DNA of 47,692 nucleotides, taken from positions 69,964,196-70,011,887 of the forward strand of contig NC_068988.1 of NCBI RefSeq assembly GCF_001194135.2. Direction: 5' to 3'. Position numbers and translations under genes: made by a program. Below, one piece after another: positions 47,657-47,692 of this stretch. The notes beneath the pieces were generated by a model. The model searched no databases and had not been told where the DNA came from. It worked only from the letters and a program-made list of their open reading frames with translations. The DNA is from Octopus bimaculoides (taxonomy: Eukaryota). Numbering within the stretch: the first letter of the stretch is position 1; the number at the start of each line of letters is the position of its first letter.

Positions 47657-47692
<36 letters not shown>

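Overview
AT-rich eukaryotic scaffold with five N gaps and dense TA/CA/GA microsatellites. The repeat families resemble those I recall from Octopus genomes, but no database search was possible. No intact protein-coding ORF is recognisable, and nearly all ORFs in the supplied track come from microsatellites, gaps or repeats. The best reading is the 5' portion of a + strand, intron-rich gene: an ETS-type promoter and first exon at about 500-734, then widely spaced small candidate exons whose product I cannot identify. The introns hold decayed mobile elements: three Pol III-type SINE families, several RTE-type LINE 3' ends, an R4-clade LINE, a CR1/Jockey-like LINE, a Penelope-like GIY-YIG fragment, DD37D and DD37E Tc1/mariner relics fused together, a mariner relic, two MITEs and a Helitron end. 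The most notable structures are a relic minimal hammerhead ribozyme, several long fold-back or inverted repeats that could form dsRNA, and a phase-compatible microexon chain that is open in two frames. Repeat boundaries are approximate unless a TSD or TIR fixes them.
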